From a virus: a stretch of DNA of 64,000 nt. Made by a program: the position numbers and the translations under genes. Shown piece after piece: positions 38,281 to 48,518 of the stretch. The notes beneath the pieces are model-generated. The model was not told where the DNA came from, ran no database searches, and worked only from the letters and a program-made list of their open reading frames with translations. Positions within the stretch are counted from its first letter, which is position 1; each line of letters starts with the position of its first letter. Where the stretch lies: the IMG/VR virus record IMGVR_UViG_3300028394_003336, one strand, 5' to 3'.

Positions 38281-39960
38281 TTATTTTATTTTTGTCATCA
38301 AATCCTTCATTCTTAAGAATTGAGGATTTTCGTACGTTTTTGATTCAATTAAAGTTGTCGCTGAACCTGAAGACATTGTGTTATTGATTGTCTTTTCAAC
38401 TGATTCATTAACTGATTTAGTTTCTGTTTTTCCTAACTCATCTTTTAAAGACCTGTAAAGATTTTTAGATTCTTTAAGAGTTTCAACATCGTCAAATCTT
38501 CTTAAGATATTGATTTTCTCTTTTTTAGTTGTTGAATGTTCTGTAAACAATCTTGTAGCATATGCCAAGTTTGAGTTGAATATAGCAACTTCAGTAAGTT
38601 TTTCTCTGAAAACATTTAATGCTTTTCTATATTCTTCATTCTTTTCTCTTAACATTTTTACTTCAGACTCAAGAGATTCTACTTTAACACCACTATTACT
38701 GTAAACATAGTTTCTATTATTAGTGATACCTTTTCTTAAACCTCTACCTTCTTTTGAACCATTACCATAAGTTCTTGCAGCTTCTTTAGTTTCTGCCTTC
38801 TTAACAACTTTTGATTTTTCTTCCATATTTGCTCCCTTCTTGTATTCAAACTTAGCCTTTCCAGTTCCCATTGTTTTAGGACCTTCTTTTTTATCGTCTT
38901 TAAAACCACCTTTACCAGATGATTTGTAAGAGAATTTAGGACCATGACCAAGACCAACACCTTTAGGTTTTTTTACTGCTAATTTTTTGCCCTCTCCAAC
39001 ATATTTTGGGTTGTAAGATTCCTCCAAATCATCATCAGACTCATCCATTTCATCAGACTCGTCAAGTTCTTCTTCATCTTCGTCGTCAGCTTCATACATG
39101 TCATGAGTATGATTTTTGTCATGTTTCATATCAAGTTCTAAATCTCTGATATGAGCAGCATCATCTTTCTCAGCATCTCTGTAGTGGTCAAAATCTGAAT
39201 CGTCTTCGTCAAATTCAATTTCATAGACAACTTCGTCCATGTCGTCTTCTTCGTCCATTTCATAGTCTTTGTAGTGTCCGTCAACGTCACCCATTTTGTG
39301 ACCACCGCGTCTTTTGAACTCGTGCTTTTTACTACCATACTCTTCTTCCATGTCTTCAGTTTCTTCCATTTCACCACCACCAAAGATTGCATTAATTACG
39401 TCTTCAGTTGATGCGTCTTGACTATCCTCAGAATCATCAAAATTTAAGTCCATGTTTTCTTTAATTTTCATTTTTTTTATTTTTGATTTTTCCTTTGATT
39501 CGCCAAGCTTTACGAGATATTCTACGTCAGCGTCATTGTCTTTTAAGTGAACGTTTTCACCATCTTTTTTAACGATGATTCCATCTTCTTCACCCATAGC
39601 CTTGAACACCTTAAGAATTTCTTCGTCAGAAGCGTCTGTTAAATCTATTGGAGTTTCTTCGGAATCCATGTCCATATCCATGTCCATGTCATCCACATTA
39701 TCTGCGTCTAAATCAACGTCATCTTCAACATCAATGTCTGTATCCATCTCTGTGTCTACATCATCTTCTGTGTCATCTACGTCAATTTCAGCATCTAAGT
39801 CAACCTCATCTTGTTCAGAAAGAGATTCTTTTACTAATTGATTGATTTCTTCCTTCATAGTAGAAGCAAGTATTCCTTTTGCATTCTCGGCGATAGCTTC
39901 TTCAACATTTTTCATTTGAATAAGTGCCTCCTCAACTGGATTTTTTTTAGTTTCTTGCAT
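38281..39960 (-). CDS. Prohead scaffold/core protein (gp22-like)
   Basis: Highly acidic coiled-coil protein directly upstream of the MCP; many LxE sites; TATTTAT 39984-39990. Confidence 0.7.
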   Translation of the reverse strand: MQETKKNPVEEALIQMKNVEEAIAENAKGILASTMKEEINQLVKESLSEQDEVDLDAEIDVDDTEDDVDTEMDTDIDVEDDVDLDADNVDDMDMDMDMDSEETPIDLTDASDEEILKVFKAMGEEDGIIVKKDGENVHLKDNDADVEYLVKLGESKEKSKIKKMKIKENMDLNFDDSEDSQDASTEDVINAIFGGGEMEETEDMEEEYGSKKHEFKRRGGHKMGDVDGHYKDYEMDEEDDMDEVVYEIEFDEDDSDFDHYRDAEKDDAAHIRDLELDMKHDKNHTHDMYEADDEDEEELDESDEMDESDDDLEESYNPKYVGEGKKLAVKKPKGVGLGHGPKFSYKSSGKGGFKDDKKEGPKTMGTGKAKFEYKKGANMEEKSKVVKKAETKEAARTYGNGSKEGRGLRKGITNNRNYVYSNSGVKVESLESEVKMLREKNEEYRKALNVFREKLTEVAIFNSNLAYATRLFTEHSTTKKEKINILRRFDDVETLKESKNLYRSLKDELGKTETKSVNESVEKTINNTMSSGSATTLIESKTYENPQFLRMKDLMTKIK

Positions 39961-40017
39961 GAAAATATTTAATTATTTAACTAATAAATAGTGTCAAAAC
40001 ATAAAAAAGTTGATTTT

Positions 40018-40341
40018 TTATATTTGAACAAACGGTCTATTTTGATATTGTAAGTTTTGTAAGCTTTTTCCTGTTTGAGAATTCACCCAAGAAATAACAT
40101 TATTATAAGTGTCATAGATTATATATGATGAACTCATACTTGTAACATTATCCTTTAAACCCACATTATAAGATTCACTTGAAGATGTGTTATTACCAAT
40201 AAAAATTTGGTTTTGAATATTAATAGAACTGATAGCATCACCAGTTCCTTCAAGGTATGCAGCGCAACTACTCCAAGTATTTCCGCTGATTAATTTATTT
40301 GAATTCACACCTGATATTTGTAATGAGCAACTGAATAACAT
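40018..40341 (-). CDS. Hypothetical Ser/Asn-rich protein
   Basis: 107-aa ORF with TATTTAT 40357-40363 upstream. Confidence 0.55.
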   Translation of the reverse strand: MLFSCSLQISGVNSNKLISGNTWSSCAAYLEGTGDAISSINIQNQIFIGNNTSSSESYNVGLKDNVTSMSSSYIIYDTYNNVISWVNSQTGKSLQNLQYQNRPFVQI

Positions 40342-40374
40342 ATTATTTAATTTACTATAAATATGTTCTAAAAT

Positions 40375-40399
40375 AAAAAAAGTGGTACAAGACCACTTT
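40375..40399 (-). terminator. Intrinsic terminator
   Basis: AAAGTGGT-acaag-ACCACTTT with an A-tract (U-tract on the minus strand). Confidence 0.6.
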
Positions 40400-40607
40400 A
40401 TTCAATTACTTCGTCAATTTTACTTTCCGAAACTGAGGTTATTCTCCAATCGTGAGTAAAACCTTCATATCTTTTTGTGACTTTTGCTTCCACATCTGTC
40501 ACTGAAAAACCCTTAACAAGTTTTTCTTCTCTAATTTTTTTGATTTTACCAGAATTCTCATCAGGTAAGTCATACTGAATTTTTGCTACAAAAAATTTTT
40601 CGTCCAT
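40398..40607 (-). CDS. DUF4494-like protein
   Basis: F..KI.Y...ENSGKIKKI.E..LV...S.TD.EA.V pattern of the Bacteroidota DUF4494 N-terminus. Confidence 0.55.
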   Translation of the reverse strand: MDEKFFVAKIQYDLPDENSGKIKKIREEKLVKGFSVTDVEAKVTKRYEGFTHDWRITSVSESKIDEVIE

Positions 40608-40611
40608 AATA

Positions 40612-41334
40612 TTATTTTCCCAAAAAATCGTTCAATTTTTTCATTAAGTCAAGAGACTTATCCATTGAATCTGGTTGAGATTGTTGTTTGTGCTTTATTT
40701 CTTCTTCTAAATTTTCCTCATACTTGTTTCTATCATCAGGATTAGAAAATAAATAAGCACCTGGTGTTGATGGTGAGGATACTAAATCAAAACAAATTAA
40801 CTCAAAATCGTCTTGAACTTCATTTCTTTCTCCAACCTTTTTTAAAGAACCAACTCCTCTTGAAGAAACTCCCATTGTTACACCTTGTCTCATTAAGTTA
40901 GCGGCTTGGTCACCTTTAGTTGACACAATACCTCTTTCATGAAATCCTGGAGATGTTAACAATTTAAGTTTACCCATCAAAATATTTTTATCCCACCAAA
41001 TATCAGTAATGATGTGAGATACTCTATCTAAGTCAATTAGAGATGATTCAGGGTGATTTAATTCTGAAGTAGATAAACCTTTATCAATTGCTTTTTTATA
41101 ATTTTCGGCTTCTCTTTTTAAAATCCTTTCAGGATAAAATCTACCGTTTCTATTTGGAGTATCGTATTTCTGAAGAACCGCATAAAATTCAAATGGATTT
41201 TTATAATCCAAGTTTGCAGCTTCTTTTAAAATATCTGAATTAAGTCTATCTTTTGGAGATACGTGACCCGCATCCATTTCAATTAGTATACCATGACCAA
41301 CTTCGCTAGCCTCTAAAATTCTCAAATTTTTCAT
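40612..41334 (-). CDS. Prohead protease (T4 gp21-like)
   Basis: NRNGRFYP, ELNHP, RVSH, GVSSRGVGS and DLVSSPSTPGA; TATTTAT 41348-41354. Confidence 0.92.
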   Translation of the reverse strand: MKNLRILEASEVGHGILIEMDAGHVSPKDRLNSDILKEAANLDYKNPFEFYAVLQKYDTPNRNGRFYPERILKREAENYKKAIDKGLSTSELNHPESSLIDLDRVSHIITDIWWDKNILMGKLKLLTSPGFHERGIVSTKGDQAANLMRQGVTMGVSSRGVGSLKKVGERNEVQDDFELICFDLVSSPSTPGAYLFSNPDDRNKYEENLEEEIKHKQQSQPDSMDKSLDLMKKLNDFLGK

Positions 41335-41370
41335 CTAATCTTTTATGATAAATATACGGTATTGATAAGT

Positions 41371-41811
41371 TTATTCTTTTTCGTCTTTTTTAGAAATTGA
41401 AAATTCAAAATGTTTGTTTTCTATAATGTTGTTTTTAAAAATGTTTCGTACGATTTGTTTTACTGAATCTTTAATTTCCTTTGATTTGAAATCTATTTCA
41501 GATATTGTAAAAAGATTTACCTCTAAATTAAAAAAGGATTTTTTTCCGTGAGATATTCCACTTGTTCTTAAATCTAAATCAACAATACTATTTTCTTGGA
41601 AAATTTTTTGATTGATTGAATTAAATACGGAATGTTTAATTTCTCTGTTTAAATTACCTACAATACGATTCCAATTTTCAGTCTCATATTTTGGTGTAAT
41701 CCAAGATTGGATGTTAATATAGACGGATTTTAGGTTTTTGGAATCAACTGTTCCATAGACTGATTTAATAGGATTGTATAAATTCAACTTTACACTTTTG
41801 CCTTTTTTCAT
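41371..41811 (-). CDS. Hypothetical protein
   Basis: 146-aa ORF in the head module. Confidence 0.6.
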   Translation of the reverse strand: MKKGKSVKLNLYNPIKSVYGTVDSKNLKSVYINIQSWITPKYETENWNRIVGNLNREIKHSVFNSINQKIFQENSIVDLDLRTSGISHGKKSFFNLEVNLFTISEIDFKSKEIKDSVKQIVRNIFKNNIIENKHFEFSISKKDEKE

Positions 41812-41908
41812 TAATTTTCATTGTTATTATGTTTATTTTCATTAAAAAAATAACACATATAAATGTTAATGTCAAAAATTTTTTAAGTTTTCAAGATATT
41901 TGTAAGAT

Positions 41909-42094
41909 ATGCTAATAATAGAAATCAAAAACGGAGAGAATATTGAAAGAGCTCTCAAAACACTTAAGTCAAAAGTGATTAAAACAAAACAGAATCAAAA
42001 ACTTTCAGGTAGAAAACAATACATTAAACCTTCTGTTGTAAACAGAAATAAAGTTTTAAAGGCAATTTATATTCAGAAAAAAAGAATATCTTAA
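41909..42094 (+). CDS. rpsU: Ribosomal protein bS21 (Bacteroidota-type)
   Basis: MLII.IK.GENI.RALK..K.K...R..Y.KPSV..R....KA.YIQ. Confidence 0.88.
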   Translation: MLIIEIKNGENIERALKTLKSKVIKTKQNQKLSGRKQYIKPSVVNRNKVLKAIYIQKKRIS

Positions 42095-42789
42095 ATTGAC
42101 CCTTCTAAGTTTTTAAGTTTTAAGAAATTAACCTGGTCAAACTTTTCAGTCTTAAGTCTATCAATTGTTTCAGAAATTTTTGTTTTTAACTCAAACTCTT
42201 CTTCGTTATCTAAAATAGATTTTAATTTAGTAATAGTACTTTCTTTTAAAGTTTCAAATTTTGTCTCAAGAGATTTAGAATCTTCAGAAATTAATTTAAA
42301 AAATTCTTTTTTAGTGTTTTCATCTAAAGTTTCAATATAAGTTCTTAAAGTTTGATTTGCAATATTAACCATTGATTTGATTGGTATATTGATTGATTCT
42401 TTAATTGTTTTTGAATTAGATGTTAAAATAGAAATTATATTTCTTTTTGATTGTATCCTCTCATGAAGATTTAATTTGTTAGTATAAACTAACGTATCAA
42501 TATCAGAATATTTGTTTTCGGCTGATTCCTCCAAAGCCTTTGGAAGTTTAATAGATGGTAAAATTTTACCTAAAAGATTTACACCTTCTTCTAAAAATTC
42601 TTTAGCGTCGGATTCAGATAATCCCTGAGGAGTACTTAATTGGTCATACAAAGAATAAGCCTTTGAAATTGGCTTATCATTCAAAACATTGTGTTTGAAT
42701 TCTCTCAAAGATTTCTTGAATTCTTTTTCGTTCTGATACGACTCAAGAAGATTTTTTTCAATTATGGATTTTATTTTACCGAAGGTCAT
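42091..42789 (-). CDS. Hypothetical head-module protein
   Basis: 232-aa helical ORF between portal and protease; LLES and IKES sites; TATTTAT 42804-42810. Confidence 0.6.
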   Translation of the reverse strand: MTFGKIKSIIEKNLLESYQNEKEFKKSLREFKHNVLNDKPISKAYSLYDQLSTPQGLSESDAKEFLEEGVNLLGKILPSIKLPKALEESAENKYSDIDTLVYTNKLNLHERIQSKRNIISILTSNSKTIKESINIPIKSMVNIANQTLRTYIETLDENTKKEFFKLISEDSKSLETKFETLKESTITKLKSILDNEEEFELKTKISETIDRLKTEKFDQVNFLKLKNLEGSI

Positions 42790-42810
42790 CTTAACATTTT
42801 TTAATAAATA

Positions 42811-44664
42811 TTAGGAATTTAGTAACTTATCCAATTCTTTTGAAATTTCTCCTAAAGATTCTTGTCCATGACCTAAATCTATGAATGTTGCTCCGTCAAT
42901 TAAGTTGTTTTCAATCAACATATTTAAGCTATTTAATTTTGACTCAGGTATTGGTGGTTCTCCTTCAGTTGGTGGTGGAGGAGCTTCTCCCCCTAATTCC
43001 TCTCCTCCTGGCGGTGGCGGAGGTGTTCCTAAATCTCCACCTGGAGGTGGTCCTAATTCCTCGGCACCACCTGGAGTTGTTGAAGCTCCCGCTGATGGTG
43101 TTGAGCCCGAAGGACTTCCGTAAAGTTTGTCAATATTATCAAAAATACCTGTCTTAGTAATAACAGTTGCTGTTGCTTTAAGTTCTTCTCCAACAGCTCT
43201 TTCAATTCTTTGTTGTTGTAGGTCAAGTCTAATTTCTTCGTCTGACCAACCAAAGATATGTTTCTTAGCCCAAGTAGAAGATGTTGCTTGAATACCATTT
43301 CCTGGGTCGGCAACCAAGTCTTTATATAATAATATTTTTTCTTTCCAAATATCTACTTTAAGTAAATCTGCTTGTGTAGATGGGTTAGTTAATCCTAATG
43401 TAAAGTTTTGTAATTCGTCCTCAAACCCTAATAAGAATAAATGCACAATTGCAATCTTATTAAGCTCTTGAATCATACTTTTTTGAATTCTATTAATTGT
43501 ACGAGCAAATCTAATATCTTGTAATGCTAGGTTTTTTCCGTCACCAACAACTTCTTCAAATCCTAAAAATGCTTTAGGAACACGAAGAGCAGTTAATAAT
43601 TTCTTTTGAATATATTCAATATCCGCAATTTCTGATAAATTTGTTGCTCCTGGCAATGTATCAATTGGGCTTGGTGCCGCTGGGTCTCTAACAGGTACAA
43701 AATAATCTTGGTCAACCGCCATTTGGTTGAATCTCATATCCACATTACCTGTCTTACTATCAACAATTTGTTCTCTTTTGAATTTGTTAGCAACACGTTG
43801 TACATATGCTTCAACATCATCATCATTCATATTTCCAACAAATACTTTAAAGATTCTTCTTTCAGGAGCTCTTGAAGTTCTATAGATTAACATAGCATCT
43901 TCACACAATAAAAGTTGTTTCCAAGTTCTTCTTGCTTTTTCTAACATAGAAGTACCATAAGGAAGTTTTCTATCATCACCCAATAATCTAAAGTGAGCCA
44001 TTTCCCATGATTGGAATTCCATATTTTTGTTCTTCCAAGTGAAATGTAATGCCTTTTTGTCCTTATCTAATTCTTTTGTAATATCAACAGAAATTTTTTG
44101 ACTAACACCAACTTCATGTCTTTCAATTTCAATTGTTGGTAATTGTTGAACACCAACAACTCCTTTCTCAGGGTCTAATTTCAAATACACAAAGTTATCA
44201 CCATACTTACAAGTGTTTCTTGTCCACATTGGTAAGTTAGTGTTAATATCCAATGAGTTGTTAAATAAATCGGCTAATACACCCTTAATTCTTTTTGATT
44301 CAGAATAAATTTGTAATATAAATCCATCTTCATTTGTTGTTGTAGATTCTTCAGCATAAATGTCCAAAGCGGCAGAAATCTCAGGAGTATACTCCATTGA
44401 TTCATAATCATACTGAGAAGATAATCTTGTTGGCTCATAATAAATTGCTTGAGAATATAAATTATTCTCAACCTTAGCCCATTGATTTGCTAAATAAAAA
44501 GTTTGTTGTGCTTGAAGTTTTTCGGTTTCGTATTCCTGTTTGTTTGTTGTACGCAACAATTCCTGTTTATCAAACTTAAATGTTGGATAATCTTGTCCTA
44601 AAAGTGAATTAGGTCCAAATGTTTGCGACAATCGTTGCCAAACCGTCATGTTCTGTTCTGCCAT
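42811..44664 (-). CDS. Portal protein (T4 gp20-like)
   Basis: Y..M...PEI..ALD, EDA..IYR..RAPERRIF.V.VGN, DYF.P.R, I.TLPG..NL..I.DI.Y..KKL..AL.VP and RFARTI.R.Q; TATTTAT 44694-44700. Confidence 0.95.
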   Translation of the reverse strand: MAEQNMTVWQRLSQTFGPNSLLGQDYPTFKFDKQELLRTTNKQEYETEKLQAQQTFYLANQWAKVENNLYSQAIYYEPTRLSSQYDYESMEYTPEISAALDIYAEESTTTNEDGFILQIYSESKRIKGVLADLFNNSLDINTNLPMWTRNTCKYGDNFVYLKLDPEKGVVGVQQLPTIEIERHEVGVSQKISVDITKELDKDKKALHFTWKNKNMEFQSWEMAHFRLLGDDRKLPYGTSMLEKARRTWKQLLLCEDAMLIYRTSRAPERRIFKVFVGNMNDDDVEAYVQRVANKFKREQIVDSKTGNVDMRFNQMAVDQDYFVPVRDPAAPSPIDTLPGATNLSEIADIEYIQKKLLTALRVPKAFLGFEEVVGDGKNLALQDIRFARTINRIQKSMIQELNKIAIVHLFLLGFEDELQNFTLGLTNPSTQADLLKVDIWKEKILLYKDLVADPGNGIQATSSTWAKKHIFGWSDEEIRLDLQQQRIERAVGEELKATATVITKTGIFDNIDKLYGSPSGSTPSAGASTTPGGAEELGPPPGGDLGTPPPPPGGEELGGEAPPPPTEGEPPIPESKLNSLNMLIENNLIDGATFIDLGHGQESLGEISKELDKLLNS

Positions 44665-44701
44665 ATTACAATTTTACTTATTACCTTGATAATATAAATA
44701 G

Positions 44702-46462
44702 TTATTTGGAACCAAATAACCATCCATATTTTTGATAATCGGCTTTAGTGGCTGATTGGTTACTATAAGGGTTTTGTCTTCCCATTTGAGGAATCATTGG
44801 ATTAAAGTAATCTGAAGTGTTTTTATTCTCGTTAACGACAGATGTCCAAGAATTTAACATTGCCTTTGTATGATTAACAACTTTTTGTAAGGATTGAAAT
44901 GATTTTTCTGCAACATATATTGCCATAGAAATACCCATAATACAGTCATCATGATGACCTTTTTGATGGTCTGGTCTACCATTCACATAAATAAATGTGT
45001 TCATTTCGTTATATAATCTATGAGAATATATTTTGAAATCGTGTCTACACGCTTCTTCCAATGATGCAATAATTTGAACTCTTTTATTGTTGAAATTAAT
45101 ACCAGGTATTTTTTCATTCATTTTTGGGTCCCATTTCCACTTATTATTTGGGTCAACATTATCAACGTACATCCCTCCTTGATAACCCATTTCTTGCATT
45201 TTTCTTGCTGTAGCGACCCCCATTCCACCTGTTAAATCCACAACACAATATGCGGTATACATACTTCCCCACTTATAAGCAATCTCAGCAGTAATGTCTG
45301 GTGGAACTTTTCCAACATATTCAAGTACTTGTTCTCTTGTATCAAAATCAATTATTTGAATGCTACTAAAATCTTCCGAGTCACCTCTTGATACGTCCAC
45401 ACCCATAACATATTTATGACCATTTTCTGGTTCTTTAAAAATCCAAAGTGAGCCACCCATCATTTTAGCTAAAGGTTCTCTTAATTGATTTTTGGAAATG
45501 TTCTGCATTAATTCAGAGTCAAAAACGTTATCACCTGAACCCAAGAAATTGCATTCTAATTCCTGAGCCACTTTTCTCCTATCAAACTTTAACTTTTTAA
45601 CCATTCCTTCAAACCAAGACGAACATGGTTTATACCCCTGACTTATATAATCAGTTGTTATTTCATGGTCTCGTTCATATGGATTATCAATTGATAACTC
45701 CACAACAACATCTTTGGCATAATCTTCTCTATTTAACAAAAAATGAACTAAATCATTTGTTTTAACCATATACAAATCTTTTGTATATCTTGGGTCACGA
45801 TACCAGTACATTTCAGAAATTTTGAAGTCATTCATATTTCTTAATGCTTGGTCATAAATTTCATAATAAATTGCGTCGTATCCGTTTGGAGTAGAAACAA
45901 CGATAACCTTACCACCCGTAGATAGTGAGGCCATACACGCTGACCAAAAATCTCCGTCAGCCTCAATGAACGCCGCCTCATCAAAAATAAGAATAGTTGG
46001 GGTATAACCTCTCAACGCATCCTTTGATGTTGCAACCGCTTTAACTTCACAGTCATTAGTAAGTTTAAAATGTCTTTGTGCGTTTTTATCAGGTGAAAAT
46101 CCAACACCTACCCAAGATGGCCATTGTTCTGTAAAATTTCTAATTTTGTTAGCCATCTCAACGGATGTATCTAACTTATTGGCAATGATTAGAATTTTTT
46201 CAGGTTTCTGTTTTTTGGCAAATACCAATTTTTTGGATGCCCATGCAGCGGTTACTGTTGTTACACCAGCCTGACGATACTTTAATGCAATGTTTTCATT
46301 GTGGGCATCGTAATCTTCAATAAGACTAACTTGGTCAGGAAAAAGGTCTAAGGGAACATACTTTGATACTGTGTTATCGTATGTCTGTAAATAAGTACGA
46401 AGTGCGTAAGGAGTATTCCTCATACACTTCGTAACTTCTATAATTAATTGTTCTTTAGTCAC
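44702..46462 (-). CDS. Terminase large subunit (T4 gp17-like)
   Basis: KYRQAGVTT (Walker A), IFDEAAF (Walker B), STPNG, QELEC.F, GVDVSRG..ED.S and HDD nuclease motifs. Confidence 0.95.
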   Translation of the reverse strand: MTKEQLIIEVTKCMRNTPYALRTYLQTYDNTVSKYVPLDLFPDQVSLIEDYDAHNENIALKYRQAGVTTVTAAWASKKLVFAKKQKPEKILIIANKLDTSVEMANKIRNFTEQWPSWVGVGFSPDKNAQRHFKLTNDCEVKAVATSKDALRGYTPTILIFDEAAFIEADGDFWSACMASLSTGGKVIVVSTPNGYDAIYYEIYDQALRNMNDFKISEMYWYRDPRYTKDLYMVKTNDLVHFLLNREDYAKDVVVELSIDNPYERDHEITTDYISQGYKPCSSWFEGMVKKLKFDRRKVAQELECNFLGSGDNVFDSELMQNISKNQLREPLAKMMGGSLWIFKEPENGHKYVMGVDVSRGDSEDFSSIQIIDFDTREQVLEYVGKVPPDITAEIAYKWGSMYTAYCVVDLTGGMGVATARKMQEMGYQGGMYVDNVDPNNKWKWDPKMNEKIPGINFNNKRVQIIASLEEACRHDFKIYSHRLYNEMNTFIYVNGRPDHQKGHHDDCIMGISMAIYVAEKSFQSLQKVVNHTKAMLNSWTSVVNENKNTSDYFNPMIPQMGRQNPYSNQSATKADYQKYGWLFGSK

Positions 46463-46468
46463 AAATTA

Positions 46469-47779
46469 TTATTTGGGTCTTGATATACCCAAACTACCGA
46501 AGAAATCGTCAAGTCCGTCATCTTCATCAAAATCATCATCATCAGATTCAATCCCTTTTTCTTCTTTATAATCTTCAAACTCACTCTTCATTTCTTGGGC
46601 TTCTCTCATAACTTCTCTGAATCTATCAGTTGCTTTTTTAACTTTAGATTCATCTTCTGAAATTGCATTTCCGATAATTTCTAAAAATTCTTGTGCTGGT
46701 ATTTGGTATAACAAAATTTGAAACCAGTTTATTAGACCCTTGTTTGATTCATCAAACATTTCATCAGGCATTGCGTGTCTAAACTTTTCTACAATCTCGG
46801 GTCCTATTCTTAATTGCATTGGTTCGTTAGATAATACATCTACCGCTCCTCTAACTTTATCACGAATATCAGGATTTTTAGAATGACCATGTCTACCTTT
46901 AGCCTCTTCTAAACCTTTAATAATTTCATGACATAAGATAGGGAATATCATTCCTACTGCAATAATTTTTGTGTCAGGTTGTTCTTCACCACCACCACCT
47001 TCTTCACCATCTTCTTCATCTGCATCATCTAATGACACTTTACCTGCAACACCTTGACCTGTTTGACTCATCATTTCAATCATTTGTTCCATAGTAAAAT
47101 ACATGAAATCATTGATTGCCATAATTCCCAAATAATCTCCATATAGAGATGGGTCAATAGCATCTAATCTTGCTCTAATGTCAGGCTTTTGAAAAAGGTA
47201 ATGTCCTCTTTTTGCAGCGCCTTGAATAATTGCATTTATTATATTTCTTTTATGTTTTTCTAATTCTAATTCTTCCTCATCTGTTAAATCCTCAATATCA
47301 AATGATGGAATTTCTAATTCATCTTTCTCCTCATCATCATCTTCGTCATCCTTTGGTTCTTCAGGTGAAAATCTAAAATCTGAAACATCAGGTTGTTGTC
47401 CTAAATGTGGTTCAATTTGATACCACCCTTCAGGTACTTCTTGCTCTTCTAAACTGGCATCAACTGCTAATTGTTCAAGTTCATCTTTATGAGCAGATTC
47501 AATTGACATAATGTTTCTAAGCTTACCCATCATCTCATTATAAATCATTCCTTGAACTTGCTGAGAACCAATATTTCTATTACCTACAACTTCTTTTAAT
47601 TTATCCGCAACTTTTTGGAATCTTTGACTAACTAATCTTTGTACATCAGCAACCCCCTTTCTCATTGCAGGATTTTGTGCATATAAACTATCAGGACTAG
47701 CCAATTTTCTTTCCAAACTTGGGTCCATTCTTTCAGGTCTATTACCGTAATCTAATTGTTCTTTTAATTTTTTTGCCAT
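46469..47779 (-). CDS. Hypothetical acidic protein
   Basis: Start revised to ATG 47779 (MAKKLKEQ); contains HEIIKG..E. Confidence 0.6.
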   Translation of the reverse strand: MAKKLKEQLDYGNRPERMDPSLERKLASPDSLYAQNPAMRKGVADVQRLVSQRFQKVADKLKEVVGNRNIGSQQVQGMIYNEMMGKLRNIMSIESAHKDELEQLAVDASLEEQEVPEGWYQIEPHLGQQPDVSDFRFSPEEPKDDEDDDEEKDELEIPSFDIEDLTDEEELELEKHKRNIINAIIQGAAKRGHYLFQKPDIRARLDAIDPSLYGDYLGIMAINDFMYFTMEQMIEMMSQTGQGVAGKVSLDDADEEDGEEGGGGEEQPDTKIIAVGMIFPILCHEIIKGLEEAKGRHGHSKNPDIRDKVRGAVDVLSNEPMQLRIGPEIVEKFRHAMPDEMFDESNKGLINWFQILLYQIPAQEFLEIIGNAISEDESKVKKATDRFREVMREAQEMKSEFEDYKEEKGIESDDDDFDEDDGLDDFFGSLGISRPK

Positions 47780-47783
47780 TTTC

Positions 47784-48518
47784 TTATTTTTGTAAAAGTT
47801 GCATAATAACATCTATAACCTCATCTTTCGCCTTTTCAGCAGATATTTTTTGAGCCTTTGGGGATTCTTTTTCTCCTGGGTTTGGATTCTTACCAGGATG
47901 TGATGGTCTTGGTCTAGTTGCTGGTTTTCCTGGTTTTGTGGTTGGAGATGTCTTTGGTTTTGATGGTGCAGTTGCAGGACCTGCTTCTGACAAATACTTA
48001 ACTAAATCACCTTTAGTAATTCTTGGTGGGATATTTCTTTCAACTATTCTCATAATTTCGTTTTCTAAAAACAAAGATACGGGATTTTTTCCTTCTCCCA
48101 ATTGTTTTTTAATTTCTCTTACACATCTTTCCCACTTTCTTGATTTTTTTGGTCCTACTTGAGAATGACAAATAGACGATGCGGTTGATTTTCCTTCAAA
48201 CATACCCATACCGTCATCTTCATTTCCAAATCCATCATCTGATGATGGGCCAACTTGTTTTGGGTCCTGAGTTTCAGTTTCTTTGTTCGGGTCTACGGTT
48301 ACTTCTTCCTCTTCGTCAAGTTCTTTTTCATAAACTTGGAATGGCTTTTTCTCACTTTTTAATTTGCTAATCATAGCAGTATCCGTTTTAGAAACATTAA
48401 CTTGTTCAACAAATAATTTTTTGTATAAAACGTCAATCTGTGATTCATCTAATTTTGAAACAGTATTAGCAGATAAACCTTTATCTATTAATCTCAAAGC
48501 TTTTTTATTAATTTTCAT
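47784..48518 (-). CDS. Hypothetical protein with Pro/Lys-rich segment
   Basis: 244-aa ORF in the late operon. Confidence 0.6.
   Translation of the reverse strand: MKINKKALRLIDKGLSANTVSKLDESQIDVLYKKLFVEQVNVSKTDTAMISKLKSEKKPFQVYEKELDEEEEVTVDPNKETETQDPKQVGPSSDDGFGNEDDGMGMFEGKSTASSICHSQVGPKKSRKWERCVREIKKQLGEGKNPVSLFLENEIMRIVERNIPPRITKGDLVKYLSEAGPATAPSKPKTSPTTKPGKPATRPRPSHPGKNPNPGEKESPKAQKISAEKAKDEVIDVIMQLLQK

Noticed and set aside
39138-39845. Alternative-frame and antisense ORFs within the scaffold, portal (42881..43313) and 48900..50126 genes
   Set aside because: By-products of low-complexity acidic or Pro-rich coding sequence
44702-46462. Intein or intron in terminase or other core genes
   Set aside because: Lengths are normal and no splicing or homing-endonuclease motifs are seen
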